A DNA stretch of 64,000 nucleotides, from positions 20,894,001-20,958,000 of the forward strand of contig JBHGNT010000010.1 of assembly GCA_043228905.1 (NCBI GenBank), in the 5' to 3' direction. Below, in pieces: positions 13,040 to 25,065 of this stretch. The notes below the pieces were generated by a model. It did not search any database and had not been told where the DNA came from. It was given only the letters and a program-made list of their open reading frames with translations. Both the position numbers and the translations under genes were made by a program. How positions within the stretch are numbered: position 1 is the stretch's first letter; each line of letters opens with the position of its first letter. This DNA is from Azolla caroliniana. Lineage: Eukaryota; Plantae; Polypodiophyta.

Positions 13040-13395
13040 CAGTTACGCGCTCTGATTTCTTCTTGCACCAACAAGGAAGAATAACAACAAAAACGACAAC
13101 TGCTCACAACCTAAAAGTTTGCCCTAAGTCATATTTATACTAATATGACTTTTCGGCTATTTACAAATGTAGCCTCGATGGGCTCCATCCGGCTCTCCGC
13201 AGTCGGGTACTCCTCATCCAGTTCATACCGGGCCTACACCATCTGACTCTCCGCAGTCGGGTACTCCTCATCCGGTTCATACCGGGCCTACACCATCCGA
13301 CTCTCCGCAGTCGGGTTCTCCCCATCCGGTTCATACCGTTTGTTCGTCGGCACTGTTCTTCTCCCTTCCCATCCGGAGGGACCTGTCTACCAACA
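12731..13395 (-). mobile_element. Solo LTR K, Copia-type, related to the F LTR
   Basis: TGTTG...CAACA termini; 5-bp TSD CTTTA (12726-12730 / 13396-13400); shares the CCGTGGTTTTTCCC...GGGTTTTCCACG motif with the F LTR. Confidence 0.85.
13185..13338. repeat. 54-bp tandem repeat (~2.8 copies) in solo LTR K
   Basis: Units start at 13185, 13239 and 13293. Confidence 0.85.
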
Positions 13396-13599
13396 CTTTA
13401 TAGCTTCAAGAAGGGAGCCGTCTCCCTCATTTACTTCCTACCTACCGAATCTAACTACACGGATATGCCTTTGTACTTAATTCCCTATTATATACATTAA
13501 GGGCGCGCACACGTGAAGAGCCGGTTCACGCGCGCTATGCACCGATTGCGCCAAGGGACGGTTTTCTTCACGACATCCGCCCCCACCTAATCGCGCATC

Positions 13600-16500
13600 C
13601 ACCGGTATGCGCCAAAATTAGGCTCTGGTTGGAGAAATCCGGTCCGGGTTCCGTTTCTTCGTCCATCGGTTCGTCCTCCGTTTCTTCGTCCTCCGTTTCG
13701 TTGTCCAGGCCTCTTAGATCCGATTCGTCGTCGTGGCACTTCTTCAACGCTTTGATCCGCTTCCTTGCTACTGGCATCACCATCCTCGTACCGTCGAGTT
13801 CCGCCAGGTGATACGTCCCGTTGTCGTTGGCGCTCGTTACAACATAAGGCCCGAACCACCGCTTCGCAAACTTCCGCGTTGCTTGGTGCTGGTTGTCGAG
13901 GCTGCTGTCGTAGACTAGCACCCAGTCGCCTTCCTCGATTTTCTTTGGCTGGAGCCGGTGCATTCGGTCGAACCGGGCTTTGTTCTTCATCCTCGCCGTC
14001 CGAAGTCTCTCCGCTGCTCGTTCCACGTACTTTGGCCTCCGCTCGAGCTGCCGTATACGCGTCGCTAGCAGTTCTTCCCGACCCATCTTGTCTCTCTAGT
14101 CTACTATCGCCCAAGAGGAGATCGTTCATTCCATCGGCATCATCGGCTTCTGTCCAAACATGAGCTCTGACGGCATGAACCTGGTTACCGAACTATGCGT
14201 TGTCCGGTCCGCCCACAAGGCATAGGGTAACAGTCGTGGCCAGTTCCCGACCTGTCCTTCGCACGCCCGGACTAGCGCTTTGACGATTGGTCCGTGCCTG
14301 CGCTCCACCTTCCCGTTCGCCTCGAGATTGTACGCTGTGGTGAGCGAGAGCTTGACCCCTAACCGGTCGAACAGCTCCTCGGCCTCTTCGGCGTCCAACT
14401 CCCCGCGGTCAGCCACGATCTTTCTGACGCACCCGTACCGGCATATCACGTCCTCGATCAGGAACCGACACACGGCCGCGGTCGTTTTGTTCTGCAGGGC
14501 TCGGCCTTCCACCTGGTTCGACAGATCCTCCCGGGCCAGCACCAGATATCGCATCTGCCCTACGCCCATCGGCATCGTCACCAAATCTACCATCCATTTG
14601 AAGTGGATGGCCGGAGGGTATGTAGGGTGAAGCTTGTCCCGATGTCGGACTATAGAGTGCATCTGCAGCTCTCACAAGTTGTCATGAACCGATGTACGTC
14701 CCGGTACAGTCCCGGCCACCAGTACTTCCCCTTTAGTTTCTCGAATGTGGCCCACGTCCCACGGTGTCCAGCCCAGGGGCTATCGTGGTAGGCCTTCAAC
14801 AACTACTCCTGTTCCTCCTTCATCGCTACTACTCGGAGCAGGATGCCGTTTCTCTTCTTCGGGTGCTTCCACAAGTATCCGTCCCGGAGAAAGAATCGGT
14901 ACGCTTTCTTCCGGATCCGGTTGGCCTCATCCCTTGTCCATGACGCCTCTGACATCATCGTCCTTAAGAATCCCCCGATCTGCAGCCACTCCCCGTCGTA
15001 CTTGCTTTCGTTGAAATCGTTAAGCGCCGGAGTGCTCCCCCCCTCGATTGTCACGTAAGCCGCCTCGAAGAAGTCCACGCCGACTTCCTCGTCCTCCGAA
15101 ACCATGTCGCCCTCGTCGTTGAATCGCGCCCTCGAAAGCATGTCGGCCATGGCATTGTCTTTCCCGGAAATGTGTCATATTTCCGGATCCAGGGACTTGA
15201 TGTACGCTATCCACCTGAGCATTGCCAGGTCCGGGGTTGCGCATCCGGAAACCATGCCGAGAATCGGCAGGCAGTCTGTCTCGATAATCACTTTTGTCCC
15301 GATCAGATAGTCTTTATTGGCCTTCACCGCCGAAACGATACCCCAGAGTTCGTGTTTAACCTGGGCGTATCCTCGCTGACGCTCACTGAGGACCTTCGCG
15401 CCGAACCGGATTGGGAACCGAATGTCGTCCTCATCTTCTTGGTTGACGACCCATCCGATCCCGGTCGGATTCGTATCTACCGTTATGTAGATGGGAGTGC
15501 CTTTCTCGTAGACAGCCTTCCGGAGTGCCGGTGCTGCGGCAAGAGCCTCCTTCATCTTTCGGACCGACTCCGCATGCTCGTCTCGCCACTCGAATTTTTG
15601 CCCCTTCTTCAGCAACCCGTATAGTGGCTCGGCAACGTGGGCGTAATGCGGGATCCATATGTGGTAGAACGCGCATGCTCCCAAGAACCTCCGTACCTCT
15701 GTGACCAAGTTACAGTCGGGCTTCATTACGGAGATGGCTTCCACCTTGGGCGGAGACGGTTTCCGGCCATACGGTCCGCATAGATGTCCGACGACCATGA
15801 TCTTTGATTGCCCGAAGGCCGATTTCTCCCCGGAGAAGGTGAGCCTCGCGTCCTCTAGCCTCTGCAGCACCCTCTCGCAGTCGTCAACGTGTGTCGCCAC
15901 GAATTTCCGGCATTCGTCCGGTCCGATCGTTTCGTCCTTGTCTTCCACCGGACATCCCTTGACCGGAATATCGTCCAAGAACGGCATGGTGATGTCCGGG
16001 ATACAATCCCTCAGCATGTTGTTCATCGCATTCACCATGTGGGCCACCGAGTTCGTCCCTCCTTGTGGCAGGGTACACATCCGCACTAGGCCAAGAGGAG
16101 TCCGCATCGTCGTAATGTCTCTGCTCTCTATGGCTAGTTGGAACTGATAGTACCCCGAGTACAGATCACCGACCGAGTAGATCGACCTTCCGGCAAAGGC
16201 CACTGCGAATTCGTCTATCATTGGTCCGATTCCTGCATTCGGAATGGTTACTCTGTTGACCGGTTGCAGGTCTTGAATGAAGCGCAACGTCCCGTTCTTC
16301 TTCGGTACCGTAAACCACCGGTTCGAGTACAGATCACTCGACGGTTCGAGGATGCCCATATCGATTTTTTGCCTTAACAGCTCCATCAGCTCCGGGATGT
16401 GAGCTCTCGGTACCGAAATTGGCTTGAGATTCCACGGCACATGCGGTACCGTGAATATCACCATCGGTTTCACGACTGTCGGGTCTACGCACCCGATCTC

Positions 16501-19212
16501 TTCCGATGAGAATGCGAAGGCTTTCCCGTGCCTTCCGAGCATTCTCCGAAACCGGTCTTCTTCCGCCGGCAGTAGGAACCCGCCCCCACCAATTTTGAGC
16601 TCCCGTAGCGTTCTGTCGGTGAAGGTGTGCCCTATGCAGGCCGGATCTCGTAAACTGGGGTCCGACGTGACCCCCTTGATTCGCAACTCGTTGCCCTCCG
16701 GTAAGGGCGCCGCGACTGGCCTTACCTTCCGGTCCACCGTCTTGTACTTCGTGTTAACCCGGGCCGTCCGACCCGATTCGAGCGCTCGACTGAAGTCCGC
16801 GATGACTTCGTACATCTCTTCTGAACAAACCGGTATCGTCCGGTCCTCTTTAAGGCCCTCTTCGATCACCTCTTGCAGTATTCCCAAGGTATCGTTGAAG
16901 GAGACCACCTCCATGGCTCCGTTGATTTCCTCGTTGGGCCCGAGAGCTTCGCACGCCCGAAGTCGCTCTTCCGCCCTTGTCTGTTCTTGGCCTACGACGC
17001 TGACTACCGAACACCCTCCATTGTCGGAGAAACAAAACTTCCTACTTATGGTACAAGGTTTCTTTGGCTTCGCTTCTATCGTACATTTGTGGGGTTTTCC
17101 CGTAGTGTCCGGACTGTCGCGGCCCCACGCCTTGGCAACCCTCTCTAAAAATCCTCTCGGTTCTCGCCACCGAGGGACTCACGGTTTCGCTCCTGGTTCG
17201 GTCATACCGTCAAGAACTGGACCGAATGTCGCCCGTCCTGACTCTTCAGGCTCGCGTAAGCCGACCCGTTGTCCAGCACCTTGGTCTCCATTCGCGCTGC
17301 CGTAATGTACGGTTCTCCTAGTATGACCGGGTGCAAGGACGTTTCCTGCACAAAGAAGTGCTGGTCTATCTCGACGTCGCCGATCTTGACTCGCACATTT
17401 GGGCAGGCCCCATGTAGTTCCTCGGTGGCGCGCGTCGCCGCCCGTATCTTCCACCCATGCTTAGTGTTGATCGGCCATTTCCCCTTCTTGTAGAAGTCCA
17501 TGGACATCAGGTTTATTTCCGAACCGTGGTCCACCAGTGCCACCACCGGTTCCTGAACATCTCCGATCTTCACCGGGGTTTTCGTGGTCGCTCGGGCCCA
17601 GTGTGGCCTCGAATAGTGGCTCTCCGCCCACTCGTCTTCCAACGCCATGTCCTCTATGTGCGCCGTCCGCACCTCCACCGGCCTTTCCGGTTCTGCCTCC
17701 GTCGACAGCCTCTTCCTCTTCACCAAGTACACGATGGAGTCGTGGAACTCCTTCTTGGCGATTCCGAGCACCTCCGGCAACGACAATTCCACTTTGTTGT
17801 TGAGGATTCGTTCTTCCAGGACCTTTCGTAGGTCCGTGGTCCTTTCGATCTCCGTGCCCAAACGGTATCCGCCCTTCTTGTGGTTATCCCGGGCGCTGAA
17901 TTCACCGGCCTCGTTCCGTTTCGGCCCGAATTGGGTTTCGTATCTCTGTGAGGGTCCGGCTCCTCCGGTTTTACCTACTCGTTTGTCTTCGACCAGAGCC
18001 TCGTAGTTCTGGCAAGCTGCTTCGACGAAACCCATCTTTTCTTCGACCGGGTAACTCCACCCGGTTACCTCCTGGACCCGCTTCTCCGCGTCCGCCTAGT
18101 CTTTCTTTAGTCGGGCACCGGCGAGGCCTTCCATTATCGTCGGCCAGAACCCGGCTTCGCTCTCCTTCCGGGTCTCGCTGCCACCGACCCGAATACCGGC
18201 TGACACCGAGTAGTGGACGGTCTCCGCGTGCCGGGCCGCCGCCTCTTCCATCTGCCTTTTCATTCCTCCTCGCCCGTCGTTTCGGTTTAGGGCCCTCCGG
18301 GTATCGCTGGCGTGCACCCGACCTTCCCACAGGTACACTACCCGGCTTCTCAAAGCCTCCGTAAAGTCCCCGCCGTCTTTCCGGATGTGGCCGACCTCAT
18401 TGCACCACATGCACCTATTTCCTACCGGAGGCCGTCGGTCACGAGCCTGATCGCCGCCTTCCCTCCGAGCCTGGGCGATCTGGAGATCCTTTACCGCTTG
18501 TGTCAACTCCTCCAAAGCTGCTCCCCCGGACGAGCCTCTGACCACGCCGGTCGAAGCCGAACCGATCTCGAGCCACTCTCGGGTCAATTCCCTTCGCACC
18601 TACGGTATCGGTTCGAGCTTCCTTGCTGCGACAGGTCCCGTCCCGATCGCCTTTGTATCAGCCCACTCCCACCGTTTGTCAAAACGGCCGCAGACTCTTT
18701 TTACCGCGACCCAGTCGGCCGTCAGCCCGTCTTCGGTTTCCAGTAAGGAGCCCACTTGCCCCCGATCCCGCGCTCTAACCGATTTGACAAACAGTAGGAC
18801 ACGACTTGTGTCCAGAACGGTCTGATCGAGCGCCGAAAGGCACGCAAAGCGTTCCTCAAACTCCCGGAGGAGTACCGACGCATTTCTTCCTTTGTTAGGG
18901 GACTCCACCCACTCCATGAAGACTCGCTTCGAAAGTCGAAGCGCGTCATCCAGCCCGTATTTCTCCAGGAGCCGTCCTTCGAACTCCTCCCAGGTCCGGC
19001 TCTCTGCCCGGACTTCGAGCACCTCCACATGGATGCCCGACATCTCCGCCCGGTAGGACACCAAATAACTCGTGGCATCCTTTCCACTAAACCGGCCGAT
19101 CATACCGACGATCGCCTCAATAGCCTTGTCAAGGGTGCCGGTGCCCTCGCGCACGCTTACTATCCGGTCCACGGCCGAAGCCATGGCCTCTGCAAGATCC
19201 GACCCCCTCATC
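13600..19212 (-). pseudogene. pol: H gag-pol, several stops and frameshifts
   Basis: ORFs 18600-19238, 18096-18599, 17202-18035, 15175-16914, 14803-15150, 14126-14662 and 13568-14086 are collinear with A gag/pol. Confidence 0.9.
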
Positions 19213-19255
19213 TTCTGCTCCTCTGCCGCCTGTTTCACGTCGGGTTCACCAAATA

Positions 19256-19905
19256 TGTCGCGTTGCTACGCGCGTGCATGGAGAAACGAGGCGGGACCAC
19301 CGGGGTCTCGAACCGAAGAGCAGGTGATAGGAGGGGGGAAGAGAAAGAGAGGGACGACCGGTTACGTATGAGCAAAGAAACACAGGGACACGGCCCGTCA
19401 ACGTAGAAAACACGAATGGACACAGAGGCAGAGAGACACGAATGTTTGTATATTAACAAATGACACAAAACAACAGAGCACGCGAGCGGTGACAACCGAA
19501 CAGGCCGGCGAACAGATGTCGATGCCTGCTCGTCTGCGCACGAAAGGGGATAGGATGGAGGTGCTGCTGGAAGCACACGGGCGTTCCTCGAAGCAGCGCG
19601 AGCCTCCCGAAAACCTGCAGAGAAGAGCGATGGAAAATGAACAGAGGAAAAGCGTTCGGTTACGGTCCGACAACACTTCGTCCTCCTCAATGTGCGATCC
19701 CTTTCTCCCCGCGCCTCCCTCTCTTTTATAGCTCCAAGAAGGGAGCTGTTTCCCTCGTTAACTTCCTACCTACCGAATCTAACTACCTAGGATATACCTT
19801 TGTACCTAATCCTTTATTATATACATTAGAGGGCGCGCACGCGTGAAGAGCCGGTTCGCGTGCGCTATACACAGATTGCGCTAAGGGACGGTTTTCTTCA
19901 CGACA
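19256..19905 (-). repeat. 5' LTR of H (probably an H/I recombinant)
   Basis: Family termini; similar to 12257-13575, 9068-9464 and 30142-30748. Confidence 0.85.
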
Positions 19906-20461
19906 ACGCATTCAATAGGGAGAGAATCGAGGTGTATCTCTGTCTGAAAGGACAGAGAATTTATGTGTTGTAACGGATGATAACGGCCTCCCTCCTTGGG
20001 CTATAAAAGAGAGGGAGAGGAATGGAAAAGGGATCGCGGGTTAGAGAGGACGAAGTGCTGCCGGACTGGGACCAAGCCCTTCTCCTCTGCCACTCTCCAT
20101 AGCCATTTTGTGCAGGTTTTCGGGAGGCTGACTCTGCTCTGTGGAACGCCCGTGTGCTCCCGGCAGAGTCTCCATCTCGCTCTTCTGTGTGTGAGTGAAC
20201 ATGCGTCGGTGTTCGCCTTGCCGGCCTGTTAGTTGTAACCGTCTTGACATATATATATATTTATACACATACGTGTTCATATACTCAGACTGCTAGTCGT
20301 CTCGTTTTGCTGTGTTGTTGGACTGTGATTCCTGTGTGCTCTCGTGTTTGTGCGTGTGCAAGTGCGTCAGTTGCCTTTCCGTTCTCCTTCTCAGCTATTT
20401 CTCGGTCCAAAACCCCGGTGGTCCCGCCTCGTTCTCCACGCACGTGCGTAACAACGTGACA

Positions 20462-22385
20462 CCGTCTTCAAAGAGCTCCACGCGAGAGTGGAAAGAGAAA
20501 CCGGCCGGATGCTGAAGGCGGTTCGAGCAGATAACGGAGGTGAATACCGGAGGCAATTCGAGGAGTACTGCCACTCGAAGGGAATCCGGAACTAAACGGG
20601 CTAGCCGAGAGGATGAACCAGACCATAATGGAGAGGGTCTGGAGTATGCTAGCACAGGCTAAGCTACCCAAGACGTTTTGGGTTGAGGTGTTGTCGACAA
20701 CGACGTATGTGATAAACAGATCACCCTCAATGCCCTTGGATGGAGACACACTGCAGAAGGTGTGGACTGGTAAGGAAGTGTCATACCGACATCTGAAGGT
20801 GTTCGGGTGTCTCGCGTACGTGCATGTTGCTAAGGACCGGAGAGGAAAGTTGGATCCAAAGACCCGGCCATGCATATTCCTCGGATACGGCGATGATGAG
20901 TTCGGCTACCGAGTGTGGGATCCGGTTGACAAGAAGGCTTTCCAGAGCCGAGATATTATCTTCATGGAGGAGAAGACTCTTGCCGACTGGGAGTTGGAGA
21001 AGAAGATAATGAACTCCGATGAGATTCGGACCCACCCGGCTAAGAGCCGGTTGACACTCGAGGAACCAGCCGGTTATGGTGAGGATACTGAACCGGCAAA
21101 AGAAGAAGTAGAGGAAGCTGAAATTGGAACCGGCCAAGACCCCGAATTGGATTCGGATGAAGAACAAATAGTGGAGCCAGTTGCCGAAGGCCAAAGACGG
21201 AGATATCCTCTCAGAGAGAGAAGGGCCCCCCGGAGATTTCCGGATGCAAAGCATGTGCTGCTGACCGATGAGGGAGAGCCGGAAAGCTTCGAAGAAGCGA
21301 AGGATGACCGACAATGGTACCGGAGGTTCGACTCCTTCATGACCGACCAAGGGTATCACAAAACGCAAACCGATCACTATGTGTTTGTGAAAAACTTCGA
21401 AGGAGGCGACATGTTGATCGTCGGACGAGACCATACCAAAATACGGATGTTGAAGAAGGCTCTCAACCGAACTTTCTCAATGAAAGACTTGGGCCCGGCA
21501 AGACAGATACTGGGGATGCACATCATCCGGGACCGATCAAAGAATCAATTGTGGTTGTCACAGGAGAAATACGTGACAAAGGTGCTTCAACGGTTCAACA
21601 TGTTAGAAGCGAAACCGGTCGGATCGACACTCTCGGCAAACTGCAGACTATCCGGTTAGCAAAGCCCGAGACGAAAGCGGAGAAGGCTGATATGATGAAG
21701 GTTCCATATGCCTCTGCCATCGGGAGCTTGATGTACGCAATGGTGTGTACTCGGCTGGATATTGGATACGCAATCGGAGTGGTGAGCTGGTTTATGAGCA
21801 ATCCTGGCAAGGAGCACTGGAACGCGGTCAAATGGATACTCCGGTACCTAAAGGGCACTTCGAATATGTGTCTTCGATTCGGATCCGGTAAACCTCAACT
21901 TGACGGTTTTACCGATTCGGACATGTCGGCTGATGTGGACACCAGCCGGTCTACATCCGGGTATGTAATGACATATGTAGGGGGAGCTATTTCGTGGCAG
22001 TCGAGGTTGCAGAAGACGGTTGCGTTGTCAACCACAGAGGAGGAGTACATGGCGGCTGTGGAAGCCGACAAGGAAATATTATGGATGAAGGACTTCATTG
22101 GAGAGCTCGGTAACCGGCAAGATGAATACCAGCTTTGTTGCGACAGTCAAAGTGCCATCCACCTTGCAAAGAACGCAACGTACCATTCCAGGACGAAGCA
22201 CATCCAGCGTAGGTATCACTGGATCCGGGAGCGAGTAGAAGATCAAGAGTTCGCACTGACGAAGATCCACATGGCCGAGAACGGGTCAGATATGCTGACC
22301 AAAGTGCTGATACCCGACAAGCTGGATGCATGTCGGAAGCGGATCGGACTAGTAAGACATCCCATGCCAGAGCGAAGGGGGAGTT
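20462..22385 (+). pseudogene. Copia F integrase core, RT (partly deleted) and RNase H
   Basis: DNGGEY, LPKTFW, KVFGCLAYVH, RQWYRRFD, DLGPARQILG, FTDSD, RTKHIQRRYHWIRE motifs. Confidence 0.9.
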
Positions 22386-23066
22386 TGTTAGGAAATAGAT
22401 CCCTACCGGATGGGAAGTGAGAACCGGATGTGGAGTACCAGGCAACGGAAGACCCGGTGAGAACCGGATGACGAGTGCCCGGCAAGGAAGACCCAGTGAG
22501 AACCGGATGACGAGTGCCCGGCAAGGAAGACCCGGTGAGAACTGGATGACGAGTACCCGGCAAGGAAGACCCGGTGAGAACCGGATGACGAGTGCCCGGC
22601 AAGGAAGACCCGGTGAGAACCGGATGTTGCAGGCCCGGTGAGAACCTCTCATCGGATGGAAGGGACATATATGTAAATATGTCCCAGAGAGCGCACTGGG
22701 GCTATATTTGTAAATAACCTGAAAGTCATATTAGTATAAATATGACCTAGGGCAAACTTATCGGTGTAACGACTGTATAGAGAGAGCGATACAGAGCATG
22801 TCTCTGTTCTAACCGCCGCTAGGCGAAGATTGTGAGCAAGAGGTCGTTGCCTCTGTGCTCCCTGTTGTATTACTTTATAGAGTGATAGTTTGGAGTCTGT
22901 GGACTCCCGTGGTTTTTCCAACTTAGGGTTTTCCACGAGAATATCCTGTGTATACTCTTTCTGTTTTGTCGACTTACCTCCATTCCCATTTCGTCTGTGT
23001 TTTGATTGTCATCAAGTGATCTATGCTTCGGTTGTGGCTGGAGATTAATCCGCGCATTTCTCGTCA
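22386..23066 (+). repeat. 3' LTR of Copia F
   Basis: Begins TGTTA after the PPT; ends CGTCA; 3' part matches 3120-3356. Confidence 0.85.
22419..22646 (+). repeat. 39-bp tandem repeat (~5.5 copies) in the F LTR U3
   Basis: Unit GAACCGGATGACGAGTGCCCGGCAAGGAAGACCCGGTGA. Confidence 0.9.
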
Positions 23067-24390
23067 CCTTGTTGGATGTGCGGTTTGGTTGGAGAAGACT
23101 CGCCTACATCGTTGTTTCCATAGAATCCAAAGGGTTATTGGGCTGACCAATTCCAACACCTCTTCAGATTTGTTATTAAGAGGAGTGTAGTGGACATTGC
23201 TGCTGGAGGAGAAAAGGACCTCTTGTGCTTTTATCACCAAAGTCATCCCCTCCTCCTGATGCTCATATCTACCAATTGTGGCCTGCCATGATAGCCAACA
23301 TATATTTCCCCACTTGATTGAGTCTTGCACCTTGCATAATTGCAACAAGCGCGTTGGGACATTGGGCAGTCCCACCATATTTGATAGGACGTTGGGCAGT
23401 CCCACAGAGCATGTCATATTATTCTACTACATGTGGGCACTCTACACAATTAGGAGAGCTAAAGTTCCCACGTTGCCATGCTCCCACTAGTACAGACTTA
23501 TGTATTAATAGCCATTGGAACGTGGTAATTCGCCTCGCGTGTTATTGTTTCTAGATTTTCTGCCAAAACTTGGTGATTATTGTGGAAGGAACTTGAAATG
23601 TGTGCCAGACCTCTGCAGTAGCCGGTTCTCGGGCGGTTTGAGCAGCTAGAATGTGGCGACCCAATCTAGTTGTGAATTGAAAGAAAGGGATGGGTTTGCT
23701 TCCTTGCCCCTCGTAGGGATCACGCCATGTCCATTGCAAAGGGTCCCAACTGACCTTACGTAGCCATGTGTTTTCATGAGTACATATATGCCAATCGGGT
23801 TGTACTTTGATCGGATCAGGATCTACAATCCATTTATGACCAGTATACACAAGTACTCGAATTGTGTTATTCTGTGTTGGTGTCTCAGTGTCTCGCAATT
23901 CAGAGCCTTCGAGTATGTCTGGTGGTCCCCTACCTCTCGAGATCAGAGATCCCTCCTCCTCGTGGCCTATCCATTTCTCCATTGTCGTCCTTTGAGTATC
24001 AGATTCCCTAATCAATAGAGCGTTAATGATTTCCAATCTCATAGTCCATCTGCCCCTGATTCCATGGAGTATGTTCGCCTGATCTTGTAGTGGCATTGAC
24101 ATAAATCGTTGCCAACATTCTATACTTTTTCCTGGACCTTCTGCAATGTATCCCCATGACAACCCCTTACATGATCCCAATAGTTTATTAGATTCATCCT
24201 TGAGACATGGGTTCCATAGGATACGTTGACTGAGCCAGGTAGGTTCAGATCTCGGTTGATCACACTTGAGCCCTCGACGAATGTCACACCATGTCTTCCA
24301 CATGGATGCACTGAATCTATCCTCCAATTGCCGGGAGAAACTAGGTTTGAGATCCATGTTTAGAATCCATCCCGTTTGGGGGGCCCAATT
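23067..24390 (-). pseudogene. L1-like LINE ORF2 C-terminal region
   Basis: Trp-rich post-RT region (ILWNP, TLWILWKQRCRRVF) typical of plant L1 ORF2 ends; disrupted. Confidence 0.6.
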
Positions 24391-24399
24391 GACCCCTTT

Positions 24400-24718
24400 C
24401 CTTTGGTATGATGCTAGATGAGGAACTAACGCTAGCAAACAGGCTAAAGAAGCACCTAGGCCCTCCCTCTATCTGCCTCTTGGTGCAGGACATCAATAAT
24501 CTTCCCTCCAAGATCCTCATTCCCGGGGAAAACGGAATGCGAATTGAACAACGCATAGAAGTGATTGGCGCACCAGGGCAATGTTTTGCATGCAAAAAAC
24601 TTGGTCATTTAAAAAAGAACTACCCCACAAGACATATTAAAGATCCTACAAAGGAGGCTCTGGAAGGTCAGGACACCATAAGACATCAGAAACCTCCCCC
24701 ACCATGACCCGACAAGGT
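24400..24718 (+). pseudogene. L1-like ORF1 fragment with zinc knuckle
   Basis: QRIEVIGAPGQCFACKKLGHLKKNYP, a plant L1 ORF1-like CCHC with the last Cys mutated. Confidence 0.55.
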
Positions 24719-25065
24719 TGTGATGGAATGGTGTAAACGATTACTTGCAGAAGCGTTAGAAAACATAGAAAGCAGAGGATACACAGAGTACACGGGAGAG
24801 ATAGAGAGAGCAGAACGTAAAAACTATATTCAAAACAATATAGACACTCTGTCAATACAACTATGCTCAGTAGCATTGGCAAAAGTACCGCGTACTTCAA
24901 TGCTCACACGAGCATCTAACACTTACTACGAGACTATAATTGCCTAGTAGTCTAAATTAATAATAGGTTTCCGGTTACCGATTAGATCCGGCTACCGGCT
25001 CCCCATCTCACCGGCTCTATTGCTTATCCAGCCGATCCGGCTCCAGTTGAGCTTGCTCCTCAACA
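24719..25065 (-). repeat. 3' LTR of Copia J
   Basis: TGTTGAG follows PPT TTGAGGGGGAG; the left end (…ATCACA) is inferred from the switch to LINE sequence. Confidence 0.65.

Larger units (their letters stand above)
12257..19905 (-). mobile_element. Ty3/Gypsy element H (tRNA-Trp family), near full length, mutated
   Basis: 5' LTR 19905-19256, PBS 19251-19235, gag-PR to ~17145, RT-RH (ORF 15175-16914), IN (to ~13600), PPT 13576-13587, 3' LTR 13575-12257 interrupted by solo LTR K. Confidence 0.9.
5029..20461 (+). mobile_element. Ty3/Gypsy element G (tRNA-Trp family), internally deleted; 3' LTR split by I/H
   Basis: 5' LTR 5029-5730, PBS ~5735-5755 (4-nt duplication), gag start fused to pol at ~6013, decayed RT/RH/IN to ~8850, PPT ~8916-8927, 3' LTR ~8928-9067 plus 19910-20461. 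TSD CCGC/CCGT; the Copia integrase frame rejoins across it. Confidence 0.9.
3120..23066 (+). mobile_element. Ty1/Copia element F, degenerate, interrupted by Gypsy G
   Basis: Truncated 5' LTR 3120-3356, PBS TGGTATCAAAGC (tRNA-iMet type) at 3360, gag-PR-IN 3392-5028, IN-RT-RH resuming at 20462, PPT GAAGGGGGAG at ~22374-22383, 3' LTR 22386-23066. Confidence 0.9.

Noticed and set aside
9489-17305. Long antisense ORFs over gag/pol (e.g. 9489-10313, 11033-12160, 16424-17305; also 38430-39206)
   Set aside because: Expected shadows of GC-rich coding sequence; no independent motifs; ends vary between copies.
22419-22646. CRISPR-like array
   Set aside because: Head-to-tail 39-bp units with no unique spacers, inside a Copia LTR; no cas genes; eukaryotic context.
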